Origin: Candidatus Aminicenantes bacterium
GTDB taxonomy: Bacteria > Acidobacteriota > Aminicenantia > Aminicenantales > UBA4085
DNA: 64,000 nt
Direction: 5' to 3'
Assembly (NCBI GenBank): GCA_022866045.1
Contig: JALHTW010000049.1
Location: 11,041 to 75,040, forward strand
Under the pieces are notes generated by a model, which was not told where the DNA came from, did no database searches, and worked only from the letters and a program-made list of their open reading frames with translations. This document shows, one piece after another, positions 10,308 through 20,525 of the stretch (its first letter is position 1; each line of letters opens with the position of its first letter). The position numbers and the translations under genes were made by a program.

Positions 10308-11359
10308 AGCTTGTCTCCGTCGTAGGGACTCGTCCGAACTTCATTAAAGAGGTGCTGATCAACCGCAGGCTGAAAGCCCTGGGGGTTCATGAGGTCCTCG
10401 TACACACGGGCCAGCATTACGACCAGGCCATGTCCACGGACTTCTTCGATCAACTGGAGATCCCAACCCCGGATTATCTATTTAAAGTCCCCACGGATAG
10501 CGCTGCAAAACAAACGGCCGTCATCCTTATTAAAGTCGAGGACATTCTGCTGAAAGAAAAACCGGATGTGACGCTCGTCTATGGAGACGTCACGTCCACG
10601 CTGGCCGGGGCCCTCGCTTCGGCCCGGCTTCGCATTCCGGTGGCCCACGTCGAAGCCGGGATCAGAACGGAAGCCAGGCACAATCCGGAAGAAATAAACC
10701 GCCGGCTGACCGACCATCTTTCCTCCCTCCTGATGACGAATACCGAAGACGCCACCGCGGCCCTCCTGAAGGAAGGATTCTCTCCGTCGGATGTCGTCCA
10801 GACTGGGGATGTGATGCAGGATATCCTGATGCAGACGATCGACCGCATGAAACTGCAAATCCGCCGCGGCGACTATCATCTGGCCACCGTCCACAGGGCC
10901 GAAAACGTGGATGATCCGGTTCGCCTCAAAGAGATCGTGGAAGGCTTTATCAACTCGGGGGAGCGCATCCTGTTTCCCGTTCATCCCCGGACGAAAAAGC
11001 GTCTGGTCGAATTCGGGCTGATGGAAAGGCTCAAGAAAAGCGGAAACGTTAAAATCCTGCCGCCACTTGGATACAAAGAGTTCGTCCCCCTTTTGGCGGA
11101 AGCGGATAAGGTCCTGACGGATTCCGGGGGGGTGAGAAGAGAGGCCTACATTCTCGGGAAGCCCGTTATCGTCCTGATCGAGATCACCTGGTTCCCGGCC
11201 ATCGCCGACTGCGGATGGAAGAAGATCGCCGGCGCGAACCGGGCGGCCATCGTGGACGCCATCAGGAACTTTGTTCCTCCCGCCGAGCACCCGTCCCTCT
11301 TTGGGGACGGCCTGGCCCACGAGCACATCGTGGACGCCATCATCTCGAGATTTTCCTGA
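10304..11359 (+). CDS. wecB: UDP-N-acetylglucosamine 2-epimerase (non-hydrolysing), WecB/MnaA family
   Basis: MKLVSVVGTRPNFIKE...VHTGQHYDQAMSTDFFDQLEIPTPDYLFKV is the canonical WecB N-terminus. ATGA overlap with the upstream GT. Confidence 0.8.
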   Translation: MKLVSVVGTRPNFIKEVLINRRLKALGVHEVLVHTGQHYDQAMSTDFFDQLEIPTPDYLFKVPTDSAAKQTAVILIKVEDILLKEKPDVTLVYGDVTSTLAGALASARLRIPVAHVEAGIRTEARHNPEEINRRLTDHLSSLLMTNTEDATAALLKEGFSPSDVVQTGDVMQDILMQTIDRMKLQIRRGDYHLATVHRAENVDDPVRLKEIVEGFINSGERILFPVHPRTKKRLVEFGLMERLKKSGNVKILPPLGYKEFVPLLAEADKVLTDSGGVRREAYILGKPVIVLIEITWFPAIADCGWKKIAGANRAAIVDAIRNFVPPAEHPSLFGDGLAHEHIVDAIISRFS

Positions 11360-11366
11360 AGTCAAA

Positions 11367-12566
11367 ATGATCAAGGGCAAAATGAGAGTCTTGATGATCG
11401 TCCAGTCTATTTATCTCAACGACCCGCGGGTCCGCCGGGAGGCGGAGCTTCTGGCCAGGGAGGGCTGTCGGGTCGACGTCGTCTCTTTGAGAAACGAGCA
11501 GGAACCGTTCCTTCGCATCGTCAATAATGTGCGCATATATGGGATAAAACTGGGCCGGAGGTATGGAAGCAAATTCCGCTATCTCTATGAGTATGCCGCT
11601 TTTCAGGTCCTGGCCGCGTTCCTGACCGTGCGGCTGACCCTGGTCCATCGCTACGACCTGGTTCAGATCCACAACCTGCCCGATACCCTGATCTTTTGCG
11701 CCCTTTTTCCGAAGCTCCTCGGCGCCAAAGCGGTTTTTGACGCGCATGAAGCGATGCCGGAATCCCTCAGGATTAAATACGGGCTGAGCGAGGAAAGCCG
11801 GACCACGCGCTGCCTCAAGATCCTTGAACGTTTCTGCATGTCCCTGGCCGATCACGTCTTGACGATCCATGAGCCCATCCGCCAGCTCTTTATCTCCCGG
11901 GGGATACCCGCGGGGAAAATCTCCGTGGTGATGAATCTGCCTGACCCGGGACTTTTTCGTCCTCTTTGCGACAAGCCGGCGGAACGGCCGCTCCGGACGG
12001 AATTCGCCCTGATCTACGCGGGAACGATTGCCGAGCGATACGGCCTGCAGACCGCCATCAAAGCCCTTCCTCTGTTGCGCGCGGACATCCCGGGAATTCG
12101 TTTCCAAGTCTACGGCAAGGGCGATTTCCAGGCTCCGCTGGAGCGCCTGGCCGTTGAGCTGGACGTCAGAGACCGCGTTTTTTTCAAGTCCCCCGTTCCT
12201 CACTCGGACATGGCCGCTGTCTACGGTTCCGCCGACATAGGCATTTCGCCGCACGAGAACGATCTCTTCGGAGACATCTATTTCTCGACCAAGGTCGCGG
12301 AATACATGGCCTGCGGATTGCCCGTCATCGTCTCCCGGACGCGCGTCATGAATCATTATTACACCGACTCTCAAGTTGCCTTTTTTTCCCCGGGTGATTA
12401 TAATGACTTTGCTAAACGCGTCTTTGACATTTATCTGAATCCCGTTTACCGGCGTCAGCTCATTCAGAACGGCTTGAAATTGTGCGAGGAGTGGAGTTGG
12501 GCTCAAGAAGGCCGGAACTATATAGATGCGCTTGGCAAGTTCGGTCGACGGAGGCTTTTGTCATGA
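11367..12566 (+). CDS. glycosyltransferase family 4
   Basis: RVLMIVQSIYLNDPRVRREAELLAREGCRVDVVS N-domain; C-terminal GT1/4 domain with STKVAEYMACGLPVIVS. Confidence 0.7.
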   Translation: MIKGKMRVLMIVQSIYLNDPRVRREAELLAREGCRVDVVSLRNEQEPFLRIVNNVRIYGIKLGRRYGSKFRYLYEYAAFQVLAAFLTVRLTLVHRYDLVQIHNLPDTLIFCALFPKLLGAKAVFDAHEAMPESLRIKYGLSEESRTTRCLKILERFCMSLADHVLTIHEPIRQLFISRGIPAGKISVVMNLPDPGLFRPLCDKPAERPLRTEFALIYAGTIAERYGLQTAIKALPLLRADIPGIRFQVYGKGDFQAPLERLAVELDVRDRVFFKSPVPHSDMAAVYGSADIGISPHENDLFGDIYFSTKVAEYMACGLPVIVSRTRVMNHYYTDSQVAFFSPGDYNDFAKRVFDIYLNPVYRRQLIQNGLKLCEEWSWAQEGRNYIDALGKFGRRRLLS

Positions 12567-13618
12567 CGTCGAGTTCATCCCCGGACGGAATGTTGCGGAT
12601 CGCTCAAATCGGCTGCGGATACTGGGGGATCAATCTTCTGCGGTGCTTTCTCCAAAATCCTCGGGTGAGCCTCGTCGGAGTTGCCGAGCTGAGTCAGAAG
12701 AGGATCGGTGACCTGGCCAAACGATATCCGGCCATTCCTGCCACATCCGAACATAGAGAACTGATCAACGGACCGGCCGATGCGGTCGTTATTGCCACTC
12801 CGGCCGCCAACCATTTCGAGCTCGCGAAAGAATGCCTGCTCAAGGACAAGCATGTGTTCGTCGAAAAACCCATCGCTCTCAATGTCCGCGATGCCGAAGA
12901 GCTCGTACGCCTCGCCGAAGGCCGGAACTTGAGGTTGATGGTCGGCCATACCTTCGAGTACAACGCAGCGGTGAGGATGTTGCGCAACTATTTAGAAAAA
13001 GGCGAAGTGGGGGAGGTTTATTATCTCTATGGCGCCAGGTTGAACCTGGGGCGCGTTCAATCAGACATCAATGCCATGTGGAGCCTGGCCCCCCACGATC
13101 TGTCCATCCTCCTTTATATCCTCCAGAAGATGCCCGTTGCCGTCGCGGCCAGGGGCTTTTCGTTTTTGCAGCCCGGGATCGAGGATATCGTCTTCATGAT
13201 CCTGGATTTTCCCGGCGACGTTCATGCTCATATCCACGTGAGCTGGCTCGATCCCAATAAAGCACGGCTTTTGACAGTGGTGGGAAGCGAAAAAATGATC
13301 GTCTATGACGACACCAGCCTCGACGCCAAGATCCGCATTTTCGACAAGGGGATCACCCGGAACGCCGTCGATCAATCTCTGGGCGAATACGATTCCTTCG
13401 AGAAATTCCAGTTGATCCTCCGGGCCGGAGATGTCGCCGTGCCACATTTTATCTTTCCCGAACCCCTTCAGGTGGAGTGCGATCATTTCGTGGAGTGCAT
13501 CGAGAAACGACAGACCCCCTTGACCGACGGCAGGGACGGGCTTCATGTGGTGAATATCTTGGAAGCCGCCCAGCAATCCTTGAAAAGCGGCGGCGAGAAA
13601 GTGAATATTCCATGGTGA
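12563..13618 (+). CDS. Gfo/Idh/MocA-family NAD-dependent sugar dehydrogenase (WbpB-like UDP-GlcNAcA 3-dehydrogenase candidate)
   Basis: IAQIGCGYWGINLL Rossmann motif and EKP catalytic region. ATGA overlaps at both ends, and it is followed by acetyltransferase and aminotransferase genes. Confidence 0.7.
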   Translation: MTSSSSPDGMLRIAQIGCGYWGINLLRCFLQNPRVSLVGVAELSQKRIGDLAKRYPAIPATSEHRELINGPADAVVIATPAANHFELAKECLLKDKHVFVEKPIALNVRDAEELVRLAEGRNLRLMVGHTFEYNAAVRMLRNYLEKGEVGEVYYLYGARLNLGRVQSDINAMWSLAPHDLSILLYILQKMPVAVAARGFSFLQPGIEDIVFMILDFPGDVHAHIHVSWLDPNKARLLTVVGSEKMIVYDDTSLDAKIRIFDKGITRNAVDQSLGEYDSFEKFQLILRAGDVAVPHFIFPEPLQVECDHFVECIEKRQTPLTDGRDGLHVVNILEAAQQSLKSGGEKVNIPW

Positions 13619-14283
13619 ATCAACAAAGCCGGGAGAATCCTCTTTCGAGAATCTATCCCCGGGTCCGGCTGGGAGACAAGTCCCAGATCGGCGACTTCTG
13701 CGTCATCGGCCTCCCCGCCGGCGGCCATCAACCCGGGGAAGTGGAAACCATCATCGGCGACGACGCCATCATCCGCTCGCACACCGTTATATATGCCGGA
13801 AACAGGATCGGCTCCGGGTTCCGCGCGGGACACGGCGTCCTCATCCGCGAGGACAACCAGATCGGTCATAACTGCAGCATCGGCTCTCACACGGTGATCG
13901 AGCATCACCTCCAAATCGGGAACGGTGTGCGCATCCATTCCCAAGCGTTCGTCCCGGAATTCACGATCCTGGAAGACGGGTGCTGGATCGGTCCGAACGT
14001 CGTTTTCACCAATGCCTATCATCCCTTGTGCCCGAAAGTTAAGCAATGCCTCAAAGGAGCCACGGTCAAGCGGGGAGCCAAGGTCGGCGCCAATGCGACG
14101 ATTCTGCCCGATTTGGAGATCGGGGAGTTCGCCCTTGTCGGCGCCGGCGCCGTAGTCATTGGCAATGTGCCCGCTTACTCCGTTGTTGCGGGCAATCCGG
14201 CCAAGGTCGTCAAGAAGATCGCCGATCTGACCTGCCCCTACGACTTGATCGATCATCCCTATCCCATGAAACCGGAGAAATAA
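13613..14283 (+). CDS. left-handed beta-helix hexapeptide-repeat N-acetyltransferase (WbpD-like)
   Basis: Repeated [LIV]G-x-x-x-x hexapeptide units, for example [22 protein letters not shown] and IGPNVVFTN. Confidence 0.7.
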
Positions 14284-15395
14284 TGATGAACATCCCCCTC
14301 AACGATCTGAAAGCCCAGTATCTCACGATCAAAGATGAAATCGACGCCGCCATGAACGAGGTGATACTGAATTGTTCTTTTGTCGGCGGGAAAACCCTCG
14401 AAGCCTTTGAGCGAAGCTTCGCGGAATTTTGCGAGGTCCCTTACGCCGTGGGCGTCGGCAACGGGACGGACGCTCTCCAGCTCGCCCTCATGGCCTGCGG
14501 CGTGGGACCGGGCTCGGAAGTCATCACGGTCTCTCACACCTTTACCGCCACCGCCGAGGCCGTTGTCAACGTCGGAGCCAGGCCCGTGTTCGTCGATGTG
14601 GACGACTCCTATACCATGAACGTTGACCAGGCCGCGCGCCATATTACCCCGAGAACGAAGGCCATCCTTCCCGTCCATCTTTATGGACAGCCCGCCGACA
14701 TGGAACCCCTGATCGGCCTGGCCAAAAAAAACGGATTGGTCGTCATCGAAGACGCCGCCCAGGCCCACGGAGCCCGCTACAAGGGAAAAAGAGTCGGCTC
14801 CCTGGGTGATGCGGCCTGCTTTAGCTTTTATCCGGGCAAGAACTTGGGCGCCTATGGAGACGGCGGGGCCGTCGTGACGAACAACCAGGAAATTGCCCAA
14901 AGTGTCCGCATGCTGCGAGATCACGGGCGAACGCAAAAATATATCCACAAGAAAACCGGCTTTAACAGCCGCTTGGATACGCTTCAAGCCGCCATCCTCC
15001 GGGTGAAGCTCGGCCACCTTGAGGAATGGAATAAGCTTCGCCGGACGCATGCGGCCCTCTACAGCCGGCTTCTCTCCAAGATCCCGAATGTCGCGCTCCC
15101 TCCGAACTCCCCAGATACGGAACATGTTTATCACCTGTATGTGATTAGAATCCCCGACCGGGACAAAATTCAGGCAGCCCTTAAGTCGGCCGGAATCCAA
15201 ACGGGGATTCACTATCCGCTCCCCCTGCACGAACAGCCCGCCTACGCTTTCTTGGGTTATCGACCCGATGACCTTCCCCATACCCATGCCGTCGCTTCGG
15301 AGATCCTATCCCTGCCCATGTATTCGGAACTCGCGGAAGATCAGGTTCATCATATCGTCGCCGCCTTGAAGCAAAACCTCCCCGCAACCAGCTAG
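14284..15395 (+). CDS. DegT/DnrJ/EryC1/StrS PLP-dependent sugar aminotransferase (WbpE-like)
   Basis: [13 protein letters not shown]..., [44 protein letters not shown] (PLP-lysine region), [12 protein letters not shown]. Confidence 0.85.
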
Positions 15396-15456
15396 ACGGT
15401 TGTCGACAAGTCACGTTCCTGTATTGCCATGAAGGATTAAATCGATTTTTACGCCC

Positions 15457-16896
15457 GTGTTTAAAAAATATCCTTCGGTAAAGATTTATCTGGTGGCTTT
15501 TGATTTCGTTCTTCTGCTGCTTTCTCTGAGGGTCACTTTTATCCTGAGGTATCGGGTGCTGGAAGGACCCCTTCCTATCCCGAAGCTTGTCTTCGTCGTT
15601 TACGTCCTCCTCCTTCTCCCCTATGCCTTTATCTTTCGGCTGAACAATCTGTATAAACAGAGAATCTTCCTGAGCTCTTATGAGCAGATGCTGCAAATCG
15701 TTAAATCCCTGCTGTCCCTGCTGGGTCTTTATATCCTGGCCGTTTTCGGCCTTCGCAATCTCCTCATCGAGAAAAGCCGCGTCCTTCTTATCCTGTTCTT
15801 CATCATTGCCTTTTTCTTTTTGGCCCTGGGCCGCGTTTTCGTTTTCAGGAAGCTTTATAAAATCTTCAAGGGAAATGAAGCCCTGGACCTCAAAAGGCGC
15901 ATCATCGTCGTCGGCGCCGGTCAAGCCGGGACCGATCTCTTGACGAAAATCAAGGAAAGCCCGTATGAGGGGATCAAAATCCTGGGTTTCTTTGACGATG
16001 ACCCGGCAAAAAAGGGAAAGGAGATCCTGGGAGTGCCCGTTCTGGGGGCTATCCAAGACATGGATTACTATCTCCAGACGTTGAAGATATCCGTTGACGG
16101 GATCTATATTTGTATCAGCCTGATCGACCACCAAGCCCTCCTCGACCTGATTCAGCGGATCAAAGCCTACGGCTATCCCGTCTATCTGGATTCCCAGCCA
16201 TTCAAGGTGATCAATGACCGGATAAACGTCCACGAATTCGAATCGCTCCTTTCGGCCTCCGTCCATGGAGCTTCCAATGCCTTTTATACGGACTTCCTGA
16301 AGAGAATCATGGATGCCGTCTTCTCGGCTCTCTTCCTCCTGCTCCTCTCTCCGTTTTTTCTGGTCGTCTCGGTCTTGATCAAAATGACGTCCAAGGGAAC
16401 CGTGATTTACAAATCGCGGGTGGTCGGTAAAAACGAGAAACAGTTCACTTGGTACAAATTCAGAACCATGCGCGTGGGCCAAGATTCCGCGAAACACGAT
16501 ACTCTCATGTACGAATTGATCAAGAAAAAAAAGAAAGAGGGAACGCTGAAAATCAAGGACGACGAGCGAATCACCCGAGTGGGGAAGTTTTTGCGCAAGT
16601 TCAGCCTGGATGAACTGCCCCAGCTCGTCAACGTCCTCAAAGGACAAATGAGCCTTATCGGCCCACGGCCCTGTTCGCCGTACGAATTCAGTCTCTACGA
16701 AGAATGGCATAAAAAAAGATTCGCCGTTCTGCCGGGGATCACCGGTCTGTGGCAGGCCTTTGGCCGCAGTTATGTCGGATACGACGACATGATCATCATG
16801 GACGTTTATTACATCGAGAAAATGTCTTTCTGGCTCGATTTAAAAATCCTCTTCAAGACAGCCGAGGTCGTCCTCCTGGGAAAGGGAGCCTATTAA
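15457..16896 (+). CDS. polyprenyl-phosphate sugar phosphotransferase (initiating Bac_transf family, WbaP/EpsL-like)
   Basis: N-terminal TM helices, CoA-binding-like middle, then C-terminal SLIGPRP and ...YIEKMSFWLDLKIL signature. Confidence 0.85.
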   Translation: MFKKYPSVKIYLVAFDFVLLLLSLRVTFILRYRVLEGPLPIPKLVFVVYVLLLLPYAFIFRLNNLYKQRIFLSSYEQMLQIVKSLLSLLGLYILAVFGLRNLLIEKSRVLLILFFIIAFFFLALGRVFVFRKLYKIFKGNEALDLKRRIIVVGAGQAGTDLLTKIKESPYEGIKILGFFDDDPAKKGKEILGVPVLGAIQDMDYYLQTLKISVDGIYICISLIDHQALLDLIQRIKAYGYPVYLDSQPFKVINDRINVHEFESLLSASVHGASNAFYTDFLKRIMDAVFSALFLLLLSPFFLVVSVLIKMTSKGTVIYKSRVVGKNEKQFTWYKFRTMRVGQDSAKHDTLMYELIKKKKKEGTLKIKDDERITRVGKFLRKFSLDELPQLVNVLKGQMSLIGPRPCSPYEFSLYEEWHKKRFAVLPGITGLWQAFGRSYVGYDDMIIMDVYYIEKMSFWLDLKILFKTAEVVLLGKGAY

Positions 16897-16897
16897 G

Positions 16898-17873
16898 GAT
16901 GAATAAGATCAACGTCGGCGTCGTCGGGCTTGGCTGGTGGGGACCCAAGCTGGTTAAAAACTTTCGGAAGCATCCTCTGGTCGACAAAGTCTATGGCTGG
17001 GACATCTCCGAAAAGGCCGTTGAAAACGCCCTGAACTCGGGCCTCCTGTTTGAGCCCGTCCGTCGTCAGGACGATCTCTTCAGGGACGAAATCTCTTCAT
17101 TGATCATTGCCACTCCCCCAAAGACCCATTTCTCCTATGCTCAAGCAGCCCTGGAAAGGGGGAAACATGTCCTGGTGACAAAACCCCCCGTGGAAACGAA
17201 GGCGGAACTGGATTTGCTTGCCTCCCTCATCAAGGAAAAAAAATTGACCTTCATGGTCGATGCGACTTATGTCTTTAACCCTGGCCTGGAAAATATCGTT
17301 TCTTTGGCCCGGGAAAGGGGATTTCAAAATCTTAGGCTCCTGCGGATCGTCCGTTTCGGCGACGTCCTGCGGCTTCGCCATAAGAATCGCCTGGTCCAGA
17401 CGATGTTTGCCAACAAGGTCAATATCATCAAGGACCTTATCTTCCACGACCTCTCTGTTCTCTGCTCCTTATTTCCCGGCGACATCACCGTCGAATCTGT
17501 CGAAGAATTCCGCAATCTAGACGAAGAGTGCAGCGATTCGGCCGTCCTCATCCTTAGAGCCGAGAATATTCCAGTCCTCATCGAGTACAGTTGGATCTAC
17601 CCCGAGAGAAAATCCGAATATCAGTTTTATTACCATGATCATTTTTTAATCTTTGACGATTTCAGCCCGGGCGACAAAGTCTGGGAGTTCACTTATGACA
17701 ATCAGCAGAGACGGGCGTTCCCCGTCGAGAGCGCCGAACCCCTCTTCCGGGTCGTCGACCATTTTCTTTCCTGCATAGCGTCCGGAAAAGAGCCCCGGAC
17801 GGGGATTGAATTTGCCAAAAAAGTCATGGTCTCCACGGAGAAAATTAATCGAACCATGGAGAGGCGCCGATGA
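16898..17873 (+). CDS. Gfo/Idh/MocA-family oxidoreductase
   Basis: MNKINVGVVGLGWWG Rossmann start. First gene of a second dehydrogenase/aminotransferase/acetyltransferase module. Confidence 0.65.
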
Positions 17874-18982
17874 AAGTCCCATTTGTCGATCTGAAGGGCC
17901 AGTACCTCCGTCTTAAACCCGAGATCGACGCCGTTTTCGAAGACATCTTTGAACGTGCCGCGTTCATTTGCGGGAAATACGTCTCCGCTTTTGAGAAAGA
18001 GTACGCCAGGGCCCAGAAGGTGAATTTTTTCGTCGGCTTGAGCTCGGGGACTGATGCCGTTCATCTCATGCTCTGGGCTTCCGGCATCGGAGCGGGGGAC
18101 GAGGTCATCGTTCCCGTGAACACGTTCATCGCCACGGCCGAAGGGATTTCTCTCTGCGGCGCCACGCCGGTCTTCGTCGACAACGATCCCGAGACCTACA
18201 CCATCGACGTCCGTCAAATCGAGGACAGAATCACGCGAAAAACGGCGGCCATCCTCCCCGTCCATCTCTACGGGCAGCCGGCCGACATGGATCCCATCCT
18301 CGATCTGGCTTCCCGGCACGAGCTGGCCGTTTTCTAGGATGCCTGCCAGGCTCACTTGGCGGAATATAAGGGAAGGGCGGTAGGCGGTTTTGGACGGGCG
18401 GCGGCCTTCAGCTTTTTCCCCGGAAAAAATTTGGGGGCCTACGGTGAGGCCGGGGGGCTGGCGACGAGCGACGATGCCTTATATCAAAAAATTCTCCGCA
18501 TGAGAGGCCACGGCTCGGTGGAAAGGTACGTTCACGAGGTCGTCGGCCATAATTACCGGATGGAAGAGATTCAAGCGGCCGTCCTGCTCGTTAAGCTGAA
18601 ATACCTCGAAGAATGGACGCGCAAGCGAAGGGAGATTGCCGTTTTGTACAATTCCCTGTTGAACGACGTGGAGGGAATCGTCCTCCCCGTGGAAGCGAGC
18701 GGATCTCGTCATGTCTATCATCTCTACGTCGTCAGGGTCCGGAACGGGAAAAGAGACGGCTTGAAAGAGTTCCTAAAAAAGCAAGACATCGATACCGGGC
18801 TTCACTACCCTATCCCTATCCATCTGCAGAAAGCCTACGAGGATCTGGGCTACAAAAAAGGCAGTTTTCCGGTGGCGGAAGAGCAATCGTCCGAATGGCT
18901 GTCTTTGCCCCTTTATCCTGAGATGGAGAACGATAAAGTCGAATACGTCTGTGATAAAATCAGGAGTTTTTTCCATGCCTAA
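17870..18982 (+). pseudogene. DegT-family sugar aminotransferase interrupted by an in-frame TAG at 18335-18337
   Basis: ORFs 17870-18337 and 18356-18982 are in the same frame and together align to a full DegT protein. The stop falls in the conserved V-I-E-D-A motif (read here as V-F-*-D-A-C-Q-A-H), consistent with GAG to TAG. Confidence 0.6.
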
Positions 18983-19547
18983 GCCGGAGAACGTCTTCAT
19001 CCATCCCCAGGCTCTCGTGGAGAGCGAGAAGATCGGGCCCAAAACCCGGATCTGGGCTTTTGCCCATGTTTTGAAAGGCGCACGGATCGGCAGCAACGTC
19101 AATATCGGGGATCATTGTTTCATCGAAAACGACGTCGTCATCGGGAACAATGTGGTCATCAAAAACGGCATTTCCATCTGGGACGGGATCTCCATCGAGG
19201 ACGGAGCCTTTCTTGGCCCTAACGTCGTCTTGACCAATGAATTGTTACCTCGAGCCGGCTTCCCGAAGGGACTTGAGCGGACGGTCATAAGGAGGGGAGC
19301 CACTATCGGGGCCAACGCTACCATTATGACCGGAATCACGCTCGGCGAGCACTGCACCGTCGGCGCCGGCTCCGTGGTCACGAAGAACGTTATCCCCCAT
19401 GCTTTGATGTACGGAAATCCCGCCAGGCAGAAAGGCTGGGTATGTATCTGCGGATTGAAACTATCGTTTGATGAAAGGAATGCCGCCGTATGTTCCTGCC
19501 GGAGGGAATTCGTCCTCAAGAACGGCAAGGTCAAGCTGATCAAATAG
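18951..19547 (+). CDS. hexapeptide-repeat (LbH) acetyltransferase
   Basis: IGSNVNIGDHCFIENDVVIGNNVVIKNGISIWDG hexapeptide repeats. Confidence 0.7.
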   Translation: MIKSGVFSMPKPENVFIHPQALVESEKIGPKTRIWAFAHVLKGARIGSNVNIGDHCFIENDVVIGNNVVIKNGISIWDGISIEDGAFLGPNVVLTNELLPRAGFPKGLERTVIRRGATIGANATIMTGITLGEHCTVGAGSVVTKNVIPHALMYGNPARQKGWVCICGLKLSFDERNAAVCSCRREFVLKNGKVKLIK

Positions 19548-19560
19548 CGCGTCGTCGGAT

Positions 19561-20523
19561 ATGGAAAAGAAGATTCTGATTACCGGTGTAGCGGGTTTCA
19601 TCGGTTCCAACCTGGCTCTGTATCTGGCTCATGGCGGCCGGAGTGAGGAATCCCGGGAACATTTCGAGGTTATCGGAATTGATAATCTGAGCTATGGGTT
19701 AAGGGACAACGTCCCCCCTCAAGTGAATTTCCATGAACTGGATATCCGGAGCGAAGAGATTTTCGATCTTTTCCACGGCGTGGACACGGTCTTTCATCTT
19801 GCGGCGAAAAATTGCATCAGCGACTGCCAGCTCGATCCGGTGGAAACCGCGGACGTCAACGTCACGGGGACGGTGAACGTTTTCGAAGCGGCCCGGCGGG
19901 CGAAGATCAGAAAAATCGTCTATGCCGAGTCTTCGGCGTTGTATGAAGGAAGCCGTCTCTTCCCAACCCCCGAAGAGGAAAACAAGCCCGAGAGTTTCTA
20001 TGCGGTCAGTAAGCTTTCTTCCCGCTCCTTCGCTCAGGCGTACCGGCGGTATTATGGCATGACGTTCACGGCCCTTCGCTATTTCTGCGTATACGGGCCG
20101 GTTCAGGATTATCGCCGGACCATTCCCCCGGTGATGAGCGCCTTCATCATCAAGCTGCTCAAGGGCGAGCCGCCCATCATTTATGGAACGGGGACAAAGA
20201 GGCGAGACTTCGTCTATGTCGATGATGTAACTGAATTCCATCTTAAATGCCTCATCGATCCGAGGACGGATAACAAGACGTTCAATCTCGGCTCAGGGAC
20301 CAATCATTCTGTGCTCGAGATCTATGAGATCATCTCTGCGCTCCTGGGAAAAAGGATTGAGCCGCTCTTGAGGCCTGACTTGCCCGGTGAGGCCGAGGCC
20401 ACCCTGGCCGATATCTCCGAGGCCAGAAAATTGGGGTGGGCACCAAAAACTGATTTAAAAAGCGGCCTTCTCAAGGCCATCGAATATATCAAGGGCGAAA
20501 TGGAGAAAGGGAGAATCCCCTAA
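19561..20523 (+). CDS. NAD-dependent epimerase/dehydratase (extended SDR, GalE-like)
   Basis: ILITGVAGFIGSNL Rossmann motif and YAVSK (YxxxK) catalytic motif. Confidence 0.8.
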   Translation: MEKKILITGVAGFIGSNLALYLAHGGRSEESREHFEVIGIDNLSYGLRDNVPPQVNFHELDIRSEEIFDLFHGVDTVFHLAAKNCISDCQLDPVETADVNVTGTVNVFEAARRAKIRKIVYAESSALYEGSRLFPTPEEENKPESFYAVSKLSSRSFAQAYRRYYGMTFTALRYFCVYGPVQDYRRTIPPVMSAFIIKLLKGEPPIIYGTGTKRRDFVYVDDVTEFHLKCLIDPRTDNKTFNLGSGTNHSVLEIYEIISALLGKRIEPLLRPDLPGEAEATLADISEARKLGWAPKTDLKSGLLKAIEYIKGEMEKGRIP

Positions 20524-20525
20524 GC

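Noticed and set aside
10478-12506. Long minus-strand ORFs (10478..11380, 11340..12506) and similar antisense ORFs elsewhere (15181..16710, 25382..26746, 58335..59462, 60858..61619)
   Set aside because: They are typical high-GC antisense open frames. Each overlaps a plus-strand ORF with strong, specific family motifs (WecB, GT4, phosphotransferase, topA, xerC) and their own translations are low-complexity, Arg/Pro/Gly-rich.
13477-16749. 5'-extended versions of several ORFs in the track (13477, 14046, 16749, 24166, 25367, 11271, 12482)
   Set aside because: The extensions overlap upstream genes in other frames and lack family-typical N-termini. Internal ATGs that coincide with ATGA-type stop/start overlaps and match canonical N-terminal motifs were used instead.
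18335-18337. TAG in the aminotransferase as programmed recoding (for example pyrrolysine or read-through)
   Set aside because: It is a single occurrence at a position where the paralog has a conserved Glu codon (GAG). No pyl genes or other in-frame TAGs were noticed. A point mutation or sequencing error is far more parsimonious.
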